This document shows, piece by piece, positions 1-8,495 of a stretch of 64,000 bases of DNA. The position numbers were made by a program, and so were the translations under genes. Within the stretch, counting starts at the first letter, position 1. The number at the start of each line of letters is the position of its first letter. The notes under the pieces were generated by a model. It saw nothing but the letters and a program-made list of their open reading frames with translations, ran no database searches and was not told where the DNA came from. Source of the DNA: Ruminococcus bicirculans (ex Wegman et al. 2014) (GTDB lineage: Bacteria; Bacillota; Clostridia; Oscillospirales; Oscillospiraceae). The stretch is taken from assembly GCA_963649145.1 (NCBI GenBank), contig CAVJGI010000002.1, forward strand, positions 4,105 to 68,104. Reading direction: 5' to 3'.

Positions 1-1
1 G

Positions 2-979
2 GAGCCGGAGGAGATCATCTTCACCTCCGGCACGACCGGCGGGATCAATCTCTTGGCGCAGATGTTCGCCGAGCAGGTCCTCCGCCCCGGCGACGCCGTC
101 ATCACGACGCAGATGGAGCACCACTCCAACCTCGTGCCGTGGCAGGAGGCGTGCCGCCGGAGCGGGGCGGAGCTGCGCGTCGCGCCCGTCACGGACCGCG
201 GGGAGCTCGACCTCCCGGCGCTCGCGCGGCTGCTGACGCCGGAGGTGAAGCTCCTCGCCATCACCGCCGTCTCCAACCTCACCGGCACGGTGAACCCGCT
301 GGAGGCGATCATTCCGGCGGCGCACGCCGTCGGCGCGGCGGTGCTCGTGGACGCGGCGCAGGCGCTGCGCCACCGGCGCATCGACGTCCGCGCGCTCGGC
401 TGCGATTTTCTCGTTTTCTCCGGTCACAAGCTCGGCTCACCCGGCGGCATCGGCGTGCTCTATGCCGCGCGGGACCGGCTCGCGCAGCTGCGCCCCGTCC
501 GCTTCGGCGGCGGGATGGTCGACGACGTGACGGACTATGAAGCGACATTTTCCGCCGCGCCGCAGTGCTTCGAGGCGGGAACGCCGAACTATCCGGCGGC
601 GATCGGGCTCGGCGCGGCGCTGGAATATTTGCAGGGCATCGGGCTGGACGCCGTCGCCGCGCGCGAGCACGCGCTGCTCGCGGCGTATGAGGAAATGCTC
701 GGAAAATTCCCCGCCGTGCGTATTTTGGGCGCGCCGCGCTCTCGTGCCGGAGCGCTCAGCTTCACGGTCGAGGGCGCGAGCGCGTTCGATGTCGCCGTGC
801 TGCTCGATAAGCTCGGCGTCGCGGTCCGCAGCGGCCACCACTGCGCCCGCCCCCTGCTCCGCCGCCTCGGTGCCGACTACGCCGTCCGCATCTCGCCCGC
901 GTTTTATAATGACTTCGACGAGCTGGAGACCGTAGAAGCCGCCCTCCGCCGCGTCTTCGGCGTGCTGGGGGCGAAATAA
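2..979 (+). CDS. cysteine desulfurase (class V PLP fold, SufS/CsdA-like); 5' end lies outside the window
   Basis: The frame is open from base 2 (EPEEIIFTSGTTGGINL...) into listed ORF 53..979. It has the PLP-lysine motif FSGHKL and the active-site loop SGHHCA, and is followed by a hairpin terminator. Confidence 0.85.
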   Translation, partial: EPEEIIFTSGTTGGINLLAQMFAEQVLRPGDAVITTQMEHHSNLVPWQEACRRSGAELRVAPVTDRGELDLPALARLLTPEVKLLAITAVSNLTGTVNPLEAIIPAAHAVGAAVLVDAAQALRHRRIDVRALGCDFLVFSGHKLGSPGGIGVLYAARDRLAQLRPVRFGGGMVDDVTDYEATFSAAPQCFEAGTPNYPAAIGLGAALEYLQGIGLDAVAAREHALLAAYEEMLGKFPAVRILGAPRSRAGALSFTVEGASAFDVAVLLDKLGVAVRSGHHCARPLLRRLGADYAVRISPAFYNDFDELETVEAALRRVFGVLGAK

Positions 980-983
980 AAAA

Positions 984-1010
984 AGCGCCCCATGGGCGCT
1001 TTTTCGCTTT
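984..1010 (+). terminator. intrinsic terminator after the cysteine desulfurase gene
   Basis: AGCGCCC-CATG-GGCGCT hairpin followed by TTTTCGCTTT. Confidence 0.7.
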
Positions 1011-1034
1011 TTAAAACAGCACGCAGCAGGTGAA
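1011..1034. repeat. 24-bp direct repeat, left copy (TTAAAACAGCACGCAGCAGGTGAA); identical to 2386..2409
   Basis: Exact 24/24 identity read directly. The right copy is the stop codon plus the last 7 codons (FTCCVLF*) of the minus-strand gene 2386..2913. Confidence 0.9.
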
Positions 1035-1053
1035 AAGGTTCTCGGATACTTCC

Positions 1054-1082
1054 TTGCAAATCCAAAAGATGCGTGATATAAT
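1054..1082 (+). promoter_or_regulatory. sigma-A-type promoter for the lipoprotein gene
   Basis: TTGCAA, 17-nt spacer, TATAAT. An AAAGGAGG RBS sits 8 nt before the ATG at 1110. Confidence 0.7.
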
Positions 1083-1109
1083 GCCACTATCAAAAAGGAG
1101 GTAAATAGA

Positions 1110-2054
1110 ATGAAGAAAACACTTTGTCTGATCCTCGCACTCACTATGATATTTTCCCTTGCTGGATGCGGTAAAAGCGAAAAAACACCCGATGTTAAAC
1201 AAAGTAACATTATCGAGCCGTATCTGGATGAAGAAGGAAACTTCGTTAGCAGCCTCTCTAAATTCGTTGTCGAACCGGATAAGTATTTTCCGAAGAGCAC
1301 GGTTGAAACGAACTCAGAAGATGACGGCTCTCGCATTATGGTTTACGTTGAGTTCTGTACTCAGGAAGAGATTGATGCGTATGCCGCTGATGCTAAAGGC
1401 GATAGATTCGTCAAGCTGTCATATTCAGGAGACGATGGAAAAGGCTGGAATGATGCTGAGGGCTGGTATTCCTTTGCCGTTGCTACTGAGGACAGTGGCG
1501 ATGATGAACAGCCTTTGAATGCGCTGTTTATCTACTGCATCAATAGCGATTTCGCGTATGATTTGAGACATCCTAAGGTTGAGGAGTCGCCCGTCCCTAC
1601 TGTTGAACCGACTCCGGAGCCTACGCCCGAACCTGTAGAAGAAAAAGATATTCGGTGGGATGTGATCAGGGAGCACGTAAAGATGCTTTCAATCACTGGT
1701 CCTGTTTATACAGACGAAGAGTCCGTTCGGATAATTGATTATATGAGCGAAAATTCTTTTGGAAGCGATGATGGAACTGAAATTCGCGAGCTTCTTGATG
1801 AGGATCCTGCACTTTATGTAGCAGTTTTTACTTTTACGCTTTCTTCATTACTTAAAGAAGAAAATGTCGTTTCAGATAAGGATTTTGCTTCGGCAGCGAA
1901 AGCGCTCCAGTTTCTTTTCACGTTCTACTATTACGATTACGATAATGAAAATTTAAATACCTCACTTACAAACGACGAGCTTGAATTACTCGAAACTATT
2001 TACCAAAACAGCGAGATCTTAGACGTTCTTCCCGAAATCCTTTCTGATAAATAA
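1110..2054 (+). CDS. hypothetical lipoprotein encoded in a low-GC insert
   Basis: Signal peptide with lipobox (MKKTLCLILALTMIFSLAGCG) and a strong RBS. It has an EPTPEPTPEP linker. GC is visibly about 40% against about 68% in the flanks. No family was recognised. Confidence 0.75.
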   Translation: MKKTLCLILALTMIFSLAGCGKSEKTPDVKQSNIIEPYLDEEGNFVSSLSKFVVEPDKYFPKSTVETNSEDDGSRIMVYVEFCTQEEIDAYAADAKGDRFVKLSYSGDDGKGWNDAEGWYSFAVATEDSGDDEQPLNALFIYCINSDFAYDLRHPKVEESPVPTVEPTPEPTPEPVEEKDIRWDVIREHVKMLSITGPVYTDEESVRIIDYMSENSFGSDDGTEIRELLDEDPALYVAVFTFTLSSLLKEENVVSDKDFASAAKALQFLFTFYYYDYDNENLNTSLTNDELELLETIYQNSEILDVLPEILSDK

Positions 2055-2063
2055 CCTCTACCA

Positions 2064-2112
2064 AAGCCCTTGTACGGACCTCTAATCAGGTCTCGCAAGG
2101 GCTTTTCTTTTT
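2064..2112 (+). terminator. intrinsic terminator after the lipoprotein gene
   Basis: Long hairpin AAGCCCTTG...CAAGGGCTT with an inner GACCT/AGGTC stem, followed by TTTTCTTTTT. Confidence 0.75.
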
Positions 2113-2157
2113 GCAAAAATCGGTGAGAAATCGTCCGTAAACTGCTGGTCAGATTTG

Positions 2158-2339
2158 TGCCCAGTTTTTTCTTTCTGCCCACTTTTTCTGGGCGACTGAG
2201 AAAATTCGCAATGTGAAACCGAGTCAAAAATGCAAAAATGGCCAGAAAAGCTGGGCAATTGCCCACTTTTTAAAACAAAAGTGGCCAGCTGAAACCGTTG
2301 CGCCCCAACGGTTTGCGGGTTTCTGCCCACTTTGCCCAC
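2158..2339. repeat. cluster of TGCCCA(C/G)TT motifs plus the palindrome TGGGCAATTGCCCA
   Basis: Motif copies at 2158-2166, 2176-2184, 2260-2268 and 2324-2332, plus a partial copy at 2333-2339. The perfect 14-bp palindrome is at 2252-2265. The stretch is non-coding. Confidence 0.6.
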
Positions 2340-2385
2340 CTATTTTTCATTACGCGCGAGAAAAAATTTTATATGCAGCGCCTTC

Positions 2386-2913
2386 TTAAAACAGCACGCA
2401 GCAGGTGAAGGCGATCTTTTTGTCGCCGTAGTAGTAGGGGAGGGCGTTGCTGCGGCAGACGTCGCTGACGAAGAGACCGCAGGCTTCCATGGAGGGGGCG
2501 AGGGTCTCCGGGTGACGGCAGGGGGCGTCCGGGTAGGTACACGCCGCGCAGCGGGTGCAGGTTCCGGCGCCCATGGGCAGAAAATCGAGCCCCTGCGCGT
2601 GCAGACGCGCGAGAAGGCGGTAAAAATTCGCGTCGTTGCGTCGCGAGACCTCCTCCGCCGCCTCCAAATCGAGCGAGTCCTCGCGCTCACCGATGGTCTG
2701 GAGCAGAACGCCGCCGCGGTATTTCCCGGCGCGCTCCCGCCAAAGCTCCAGCTCGCCGCAGCCCGGCGGACAGCTCCACCTTCGCCCGAAGCTCCGGCAG
2801 CGGTCGGCGCGGCACATGCTGCGCACCTCCGGCAGAAAGCGCAGCGTCGCGGGGTCGAGGTCCGCCGCGGCGGAGAAACCGCATTCGAGCGCGGCGGCTT
2901 TCACGTCGATCAT
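2386..2913 (-). CDS. DUF2284-type predicted metal-binding protein (Cys-rich)
   Basis: Cys-rich motifs SMCRADRCRSFGRRWSCPPGCG and GAGTCTRCAACTYPDAPC. The RBS GAGAGGA lies upstream. Its last 24 nt are duplicated at 1011..1034. Confidence 0.65.
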   Translation of the reverse strand: MIDVKAAALECGFSAAADLDPATLRFLPEVRSMCRADRCRSFGRRWSCPPGCGELELWRERAGKYRGGVLLQTIGEREDSLDLEAAEEVSRRNDANFYRLLARLHAQGLDFLPMGAGTCTRCAACTYPDAPCRHPETLAPSMEACGLFVSDVCRSNALPYYYGDKKIAFTCCVLF

Positions 2914-2927
2914 CCGTCAAGGTCCTC

Positions 2928-4139
2928 TCATTCGTAAAAAAACATCGCGTCCACAAAGCGCTCGTCGAAGTCCCGCGCACCGGAGAGCTCCAGATAGCGG
3001 CAGCGCGCCGCCGCGCGGCGGACACCCTCGCGCCCGCAGTCCGTCAGACAGAGCGCCGCGCCGAGCCCGGCACTGTTGCCGACGTGGTGCGTCTTTTCGC
3101 GCAGCGCCGGGGGCAGCAGCCCGATGGTGCAGGCGCTGCGCAGGTCCATGGAAGCACCGAAGCCACCGGCGAGCAGAACCGCGGAGACATCCCCATACCG
3201 CTTGCCGCTGCGCGCGAGCAGCGTCTCGATCCCGGCGCGAACCGCCGCCTTCGCGAGCTGGAGCTGCCGCAGGTCCTGCGCCGTGACGAACACGCGGTCG
3301 GTGAGGTCATAGCGCTCGCCGCGCAGCCTGCCTGTCTCGTCGAGCAGACCGTTTTCGAGCAGCGCTGCCGCGGCGTCGATGAGCCCGCTGCCGCAGAGGG
3401 TCTCGGCGGTGCCGTCGCCGATCACGCGGACCGTCAGGTTGCGGTCCACGGCGTTGATCGCGCCCGGCACGGCGCGGGAGCCGCAGGCGATCTCCGCCCC
3501 CTCAAACGCCGGACCCGCCGCCGCAGCGCAGCAGAGAAAGCCGTCCCGGTCGCCGAGCGCCATCTCGCCGTTTGTGCCGACGTCCAGAAACAGCACGGTC
3601 TCCGCGCTCCCGGCAGCGCCGCTCGCGACCAGCCCGGCGGTGATGTCGCCGCCGACATAGCCGGAGACGGCGGGACAGAGATAGAGCATGCAGTCCGCCG
3701 GAAGACCGGGCAGGAACTCCGCTGCCGCGCGTTCAAAACCGAAGTGGCTCAGCGGTGTAAACGGCGCTCTTCCGATGCCCGCCGGCGAGAGCCCGGCGAA
3801 AAGATGCTCCATCACGGTGTTCCCCGCGACCGCGGCGCGGCGGAGGCGGGAGAGGTCCGGGCAGAGCGCGCGCAGCATCGCGCCGAGCTGGTCCCGGACG
3901 GCGCGCGTGAGCGCTTCGAGTCCGCCGGGCGTTTCCGCGTAGCGGATGCGGCTGATGACGTCCGCGCCGTAAGCGCACTGGGCGTTCCGCTCGCCGCACC
4001 GGGCAATGCCGTGGAGCAGACCGTCGTTTAAGATCTCCTGCGCGGAGTGCCCCTGCTCGATCGCGGCGGGAACGAGCTCCTTGACGGCTTTGACCCGCCC
4101 CTTCTCCACTGCGTCTGAAACCTTGTCCAGAATCGTCAT
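2928..4139 (-). CDS. ASKHA-domain corrinoid activation (RACo-like) protein; truncated or chimeric, with a B12-binding cap-like N-terminus
   Basis: The C-terminal ~350 aa carry RACo-type motifs (YGADVISRI, LFLDVGTNGEMALG, LAGGFG). The first ~50 aa (ILDKVSDAVEKGRVKAVKELVPAAIEQGHSAQEILNDGLL) resemble the helical cap of corrinoid proteins. There is no 2Fe-2S domain and no first DxGTT motif. Confidence 0.6.
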   Translation of the reverse strand: MTILDKVSDAVEKGRVKAVKELVPAAIEQGHSAQEILNDGLLHGIARCGERNAQCAYGADVISRIRYAETPGGLEALTRAVRDQLGAMLRALCPDLSRLRRAAVAGNTVMEHLFAGLSPAGIGRAPFTPLSHFGFERAAAEFLPGLPADCMLYLCPAVSGYVGGDITAGLVASGAAGSAETVLFLDVGTNGEMALGDRDGFLCCAAAAGPAFEGAEIACGSRAVPGAINAVDRNLTVRVIGDGTAETLCGSGLIDAAAALLENGLLDETGRLRGERYDLTDRVFVTAQDLRQLQLAKAAVRAGIETLLARSGKRYGDVSAVLLAGGFGASMDLRSACTIGLLPPALREKTHHVGNSAGLGAALCLTDCGREGVRRAAARCRYLELSGARDFDERFVDAMFFYE

Positions 4140-5431
4140 AAGTTCTCTGTCCTCTCGCTTATTTTTTCGGTGTCGATGCGGCGCGAGCGCTTGCGGAAGC
4201 GGTCCGGCGAAACGCCCTCAAGCTCGCGGAACACCTTGCAGAAATAGCTCTGGTCGCTGAAGCCGACAAGCTGGCAGACCTCCGCCACGGAGACGGGACC
4301 GGAGAGCAGGAGCAGCTTGCTGCGCTCGATGCGGATGCGGTTTAAATACGCGCGGTAGGTGACGCCCGTCTCCTCGCGGAACACGCGGGAGAAATAAGTC
4401 GGGGAGTAGCCCGCGGCTGCTGCGGCGTCCTCCAGCGTGAGCGGTTGGGCGTAATTCGCGGAGAGAAACTCGATCGCTCGCTGCACCGCGTCGGAAAGTC
4501 CGCTGCTGCCGAGGTCGATGACGAGACGGAGAAAGTGGTTCATCGTGCGCGAGAGCCGCGCCGTGAGGTCCGACTGGGATTCCGCGAGGCGCAGGTGCTC
4601 GCGGCAGCGGTCGCTGAGCTCAAACACCTGCGCGCTGCCCGCTCCGGCGGCGATCGCTGCGCGGGAGATGATGACGAGCAGCTCCTGCACGCGCTGCATA
4701 ATGTCCGCCTCGCTGCGGATATAGAAGAAAATATAGCCGAGGAGCTGACCCAGCAGCTCGTTCGCGAGCGCGGAATCTCCGCGGGCGACCGCCTCGTAGA
4801 GCGCCTGCTCGCGCGCCATGGGGTAGCCCACGGCGCGAGCGCTGCGCTTGATGCCCGCAATGTAGCTTCCGATATAATTCTGCTGGTCGTTCTCACTCTG
4901 GCTGAGAAAGACCTCATGGCTGCTGTCGCTGACGACGACGGCGCTCGCGAAGAGCTGACCGGAGAGATAGTGCAGACGCTGGGGCGTCATCGCCGGGACG
5001 CGCTCAAGTCCGTTGCGGAGCCTTACCTCGATCGCCGCGGGCAGCGGGGAGGGGAGCGCCTCGCTTTCGAGCACGTCGTCCGTCTCCGTGATGCGCACGG
5101 GACCGGCGATGAGCGCCGCCGTGGTCCTGCCGCCCTCGATGACCGGTGCGGCGCAGAAGGCGAGCCCCAGCGGGCAGAAGTAAGTATAGCGCCCGCCGAA
5201 GCGCTCCGAGGCGAGCACGCCCTCGGCGTGGAGCGCGCGGCAGTGCAGCCCGGTGAGCTGTAGCGAGTCGCGCAGGCGCTCGCAGAAGGCGCAGTCCGCC
5301 CCCTGCGGCGACTGGGCATAGAGCGCCTTTCCGTTCCGCGTGAGCAGCAGGCAGCGCACGTCGAGCGAAAGGGAAAAGGAATCCACCGCGGCGCGCGCAA
5401 GGCGCACCTCGATCGTGCTGCGGCTCGGCAT
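4136..5431 (-). CDS. PocR-domain / AraC-family transcriptional regulator
   Basis: N-terminal PocR-like sensory region (YTYFCPLGLAFCAAPV) and a C-terminal AraC HTH (YSPTYFSRVFREETGVTYRAYLNRIRIERSKLLL). GGAGG RBS. Confidence 0.8.
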   Translation of the reverse strand: MPSRSTIEVRLARAAVDSFSLSLDVRCLLLTRNGKALYAQSPQGADCAFCERLRDSLQLTGLHCRALHAEGVLASERFGGRYTYFCPLGLAFCAAPVIEGGRTTAALIAGPVRITETDDVLESEALPSPLPAAIEVRLRNGLERVPAMTPQRLHYLSGQLFASAVVVSDSSHEVFLSQSENDQQNYIGSYIAGIKRSARAVGYPMAREQALYEAVARGDSALANELLGQLLGYIFFYIRSEADIMQRVQELLVIISRAAIAAGAGSAQVFELSDRCREHLRLAESQSDLTARLSRTMNHFLRLVIDLGSSGLSDAVQRAIEFLSANYAQPLTLEDAAAAAGYSPTYFSRVFREETGVTYRAYLNRIRIERSKLLLLSGPVSVAEVCQLVGFSDQSYFCKVFRELEGVSPDRFRKRSRRIDTEKISERTENL

Positions 5432-5591
5432 GGGGGCCTCCTTTCGAGAAGATAGAGCAAAAAAATCATAAATTCCGAAAATGTTCTATATCCTCCGCCG
5501 CGCCGCGTCAGTAAGAATGTGAAAAAAGATGCGAATAAGATCAAAGCCTGACGAATAGCATGGAACCATCCGGGATCAAGGGGTTGCTGCC

Positions 5592-6281
5592 ATGCTTTCG
5601 TCTTTTCTTGCGCTGTTTTTTTCGGGACTCTTTTTCTCGCTGCGGCTCGGACCGGGGAGCGGGTCGTTCCCGCGCCCGCTGCGCGCGGAGGAGGAGGCGC
5701 GCGCTGTGGAGGCGTGGGTCTCCCGCGGCGACATCGCCGCGCGCAACGAGCTTGTGGAGCACAATCTCCGCCTCGTGGCGCACATCGTGAAGAAATACTA
5801 CGCCCACGCCGCCGATCAGGAGGACCTCATCTCCATCGGCACCATCGGCCTGATCAAAGGCGTCAGCACCTACCGCCCAGATAAAAAGGTCCGGCTCGCG
5901 ACCTATGCGAGCAGGTGTATTGAAAATGAGATCCTCATGTACTTCCGCGCGCAGCGGAAGAGTGCGGGGGACCTCAGTCTTTCGGACAGCATTGAGAGCG
6001 ACGGGGAGGGGAATTCTCTCTCGCTCATCGACGTTCTGGCGGGGGAGGAGGACCTCTTTGAGAATGTCAGCACCGCGGAGCTGCGCGGGCAGGTGCGCGA
6101 GGCGGTCGGTCGCGTGCTGGATGCGCGCGAGGCGGAGGTCATCCGCCTGCGCTACGGGCTCGATTCCGCCGCGCCGTTGACCCAGCGCGAGACCGCCGAG
6201 CGCTGCGGCATCAGCCGGAGCTATATATCGCGCATCGAGAAAAAAGCGCTCGAAAAGCTCCGCAACGCGATCGAGGGCTGA
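5592..6281 (+). CDS. sigK: sporulation sigma factor K (pro-sigma-K), uninterrupted
   Basis: Hydrophobic pro-sequence followed by FPRPL. Also has EHNLRLVAHIVKKY, DLISIGTIGLIK, ATYASRCIENEILMYFR and ISRSYISRIEKKAL, which closely parallel B. subtilis SigK. Confidence 0.85.
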   Translation: MLSSFLALFFSGLFFSLRLGPGSGSFPRPLRAEEEARAVEAWVSRGDIAARNELVEHNLRLVAHIVKKYYAHAADQEDLISIGTIGLIKGVSTYRPDKKVRLATYASRCIENEILMYFRAQRKSAGDLSLSDSIESDGEGNSLSLIDVLAGEEDLFENVSTAELRGQVREAVGRVLDAREAEVIRLRYGLDSAAPLTQRETAERCGISRSYISRIEKKALEKLRNAIEG

Positions 6282-6296
6282 CGCGGCACGCGCCCC

Positions 6297-6325
6297 TTGC
6301 GGAAAGCGCAAAAACGGCGTATAAT
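6297..6325 (+). promoter_or_regulatory. sigma-A-type promoter upstream of the HAD gene
   Basis: TTGCGG, 17-nt spacer, TATAAT. Confidence 0.55.
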
Positions 6326-6359
6326 GATACAATACCAACGAAAAAGGAGAGGAGCATTT

Positions 6360-7532
6360 ATGGCAGGGGAGCGGTATATCAGAGAGCACAAGGAGGACCT
6401 TCCCGTCCTCGCGATCTGCTACGATTTCGACAAAACGCTGTCACCGGACGATATGCAGGCGCAGGGTTATATCCAGTCGGTGGGCTGCGATGTCCGGGAT
6501 TTCTGGAACGAGTCGAACGAACTGGCGGAACAGAACGATATGGACCAGAACCTCGCCTATATGCTCCTGATGAAAAAGCGCGCGGCGGGCAAGGTGCTCT
6601 TTACGCGCGAAAAGCTGGCGGCATACGGCGCGAGCGTCAGCCTGTTTCCGGGCGTGGAGGACTGGTTCGGACGCATCCGCGCTTACGGCGCGGCGCACGG
6701 CGTCATCGTGGAGCACTACATTATCTCCTCCGGCCTGAAGGAGATGATCGAGGGCACCGCCGTTGCGAAAGCCGGCGTGTTCAAGAAGATCTATGCCAGC
6801 AGCTTTTATTACGACGCCGACGGCGTGGCGGAGTGGCCGGCGCAGGTCGTGAACTACACGAACAAGACCCAGTTTCTCTTCCGCATCGAAAAGGGCGTTC
6901 TGGACATCAACGACCCCGGCGTGAACGACTCCTTCCCGCCGGATGAGCTGCGCGTCCCGTTCCGCAACATGGTCTATATCGGCGACAGCGACACGGATGT
7001 TCCCTGCATGAAGCTCGTGGACGCTTACGGCGGCTATTCCATCGGCGTTTACAGTGCGGAGACGAAGGACAAGGCGAAGGTCTACAAAATGATGCGCGAC
7101 GGTCGTATCCGCTATTTTGCCCCGGCGGATTATTCTGACGGCGCGGAGCTGGATACGCTGCTCAAGGCCATCATCGACCGCACGGCGCGCAACGAAGCGC
7201 TGGAGTCCCGGTATTTCGCCTGCCGCAAGGAACAGACGGAGTCCGACCGGAGCCGCAGCGACGAGGAGAAGAGAAAGGCCGCGCTTTTGCTGGAGCTGGA
7301 GAGCAGCGCCAGCTTCGCCGCCACGCACGCGGCGGTGGAAAAGCTGCGGCAGGTCGCGGCGTGGACCGCGGCGGAGCGCGAGCTGCTGTTCGCCGCCGCG
7401 CTTGCGAACAGTCAGGTCCGCTATATCCTCGCCGACCCGGACGTGAAGGCGTTTTTCACCGGGCTGCTGGCGGACGCCGGACCGCTCACAAAGGCGGCGC
7501 GGGAGGTGCAGGCGGCGATGGAGAAAACATAA
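6360..7532 (+). CDS. HAD-superfamily hydrolase with a ~100-aa helical C-terminal extension
   Basis: HAD motifs CYDFDKTL (DxDxT), IISSG and YIGDSDTDVPCM. The start was moved to the ATG at 6360, which follows the GGAGAGGAG RBS. Confidence 0.75.
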   Translation: MAGERYIREHKEDLPVLAICYDFDKTLSPDDMQAQGYIQSVGCDVRDFWNESNELAEQNDMDQNLAYMLLMKKRAAGKVLFTREKLAAYGASVSLFPGVEDWFGRIRAYGAAHGVIVEHYIISSGLKEMIEGTAVAKAGVFKKIYASSFYYDADGVAEWPAQVVNYTNKTQFLFRIEKGVLDINDPGVNDSFPPDELRVPFRNMVYIGDSDTDVPCMKLVDAYGGYSIGVYSAETKDKAKVYKMMRDGRIRYFAPADYSDGAELDTLLKAIIDRTARNEALESRYFACRKEQTESDRSRSDEEKRKAALLLELESSASFAATHAAVEKLRQVAAWTAAERELLFAAALANSQVRYILADPDVKAFFTGLLADAGPLTKAAREVQAAMEKT

Positions 7533-7559
7533 GGCCGGACGGGGGAGACAAAAAATATC

Positions 7560-7588
7560 TTGCGATACGCCGGATAATTTGCTACAAT
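7560..7588 (+). promoter_or_regulatory. sigma-A-type promoter upstream of the DegV gene
   Basis: TTGCGA, 17-nt spacer, TACAAT. Confidence 0.55.
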
Positions 7589-7641
7589 GAAGCCCGTGCC
7601 GCATCGCGGCAGAGCTTTTTTGAAACAGGAGCCTGCGCTTT

Positions 7642-8487
7642 ATGAATGTTAAGATCACATCCGACAGCACCTGCGACCTCTCGCCGGAGCTCATTGAAAA
7701 ATACGATATCTCCATCACACCGCTGACCGTCCACTGCGGGGAGTGCAGCGGCTCGGACGGCCTCGGCATCACGCCGGAGGACATTTACGAATATGTCGCG
7801 AAGAGCGGGAAGCTCCCGAAGACGAGCGCCGTCAACGTCTATGACTACGTGCAGGAGTTCCGCCGCTGGCGGGACGCCGGGATGACCGTCGTCCACTTCT
7901 GCATCAGCGCGGATTTTTCCGCCTGCTTCCAGAACGCGAATCTCGCTGCCGATGAGGTCGGCGGCGTGCTCGTCGTGGATTCCCGCAATCTTTCCAGCGG
8001 GCAGGGACTGCTCGTGCTCCGCGCCGCGGAGATGGCTGCGGCGGGCAGCAGCGCCGAGGAAATCTGGCAGGAATGCACCGAGCTTGCAAGCCGCGTGGAG
8101 GCGAGCTTCGTGGTCGACAGTCTCGACTATCTCTACAAAGGTGGCCGCTGCTCCGCGCTGAGCGCCTTCGGCGGCAACCTGCTGCGCCTGAAGCCCTGCA
8201 TCGAGGTGCGCGGCGGCAAGATGGTGCCGGGGAAAAAATACCGCGGCAGGATCGAGCATGTCATGCTCCAATACGTCGCCGAGCGCGTCAGCGCCCGCGG
8301 CGATATCGATTGGCGCCGCGCCTTCATCACCCACACCCGCTGCGCTCCGGAGGCGGTCGCCGCCGTCCGCGCAAAGCTGGAGGAGCTGGGTCACTTCGAG
8401 GAAATTCTGGACACCACCGCCGGCGCCACCGTAACGAGCCACTGCGGACCCAATACCCTCGGCGTGCTGTTTATCCGGAACAAATAA
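7642..8487 (+). CDS. DegV-family fatty-acid-binding protein
   Basis: Typical DegV N-terminus (KITSDSTCDLSPELIEKYDISITPLTV), typical length (281 aa) and YLYKGGR motif. Confidence 0.85.
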   Translation: MNVKITSDSTCDLSPELIEKYDISITPLTVHCGECSGSDGLGITPEDIYEYVAKSGKLPKTSAVNVYDYVQEFRRWRDAGMTVVHFCISADFSACFQNANLAADEVGGVLVVDSRNLSSGQGLLVLRAAEMAAAGSSAEEIWQECTELASRVEASFVVDSLDYLYKGGRCSALSAFGGNLLRLKPCIEVRGGKMVPGKKYRGRIEHVMLQYVAERVSARGDIDWRRAFITHTRCAPEAVAAVRAKLEELGHFEEILDTTAGATVTSHCGPNTLGVLFIRNK

Positions 8488-8495
8488 GGTTTTTC

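Noticed and set aside
437-1336. 299-aa minus-strand ORF spanning the desulfurase 3' end, its terminator, the left 24-bp repeat and the lipoprotein start.
   Set aside because: It crosses a terminator and a sharp GC boundary, and it is antisense to two supported genes. It looks gene-like only because its end shares the duplicated 24 bp.
5592-6281. Possible interruption of sigK by a skin-like element, as in some Bacillus and Clostridium species.
   Set aside because: The reading frame is continuous from the pro-sequence through region 4.2 (229 aa). The gene is intact in this window.
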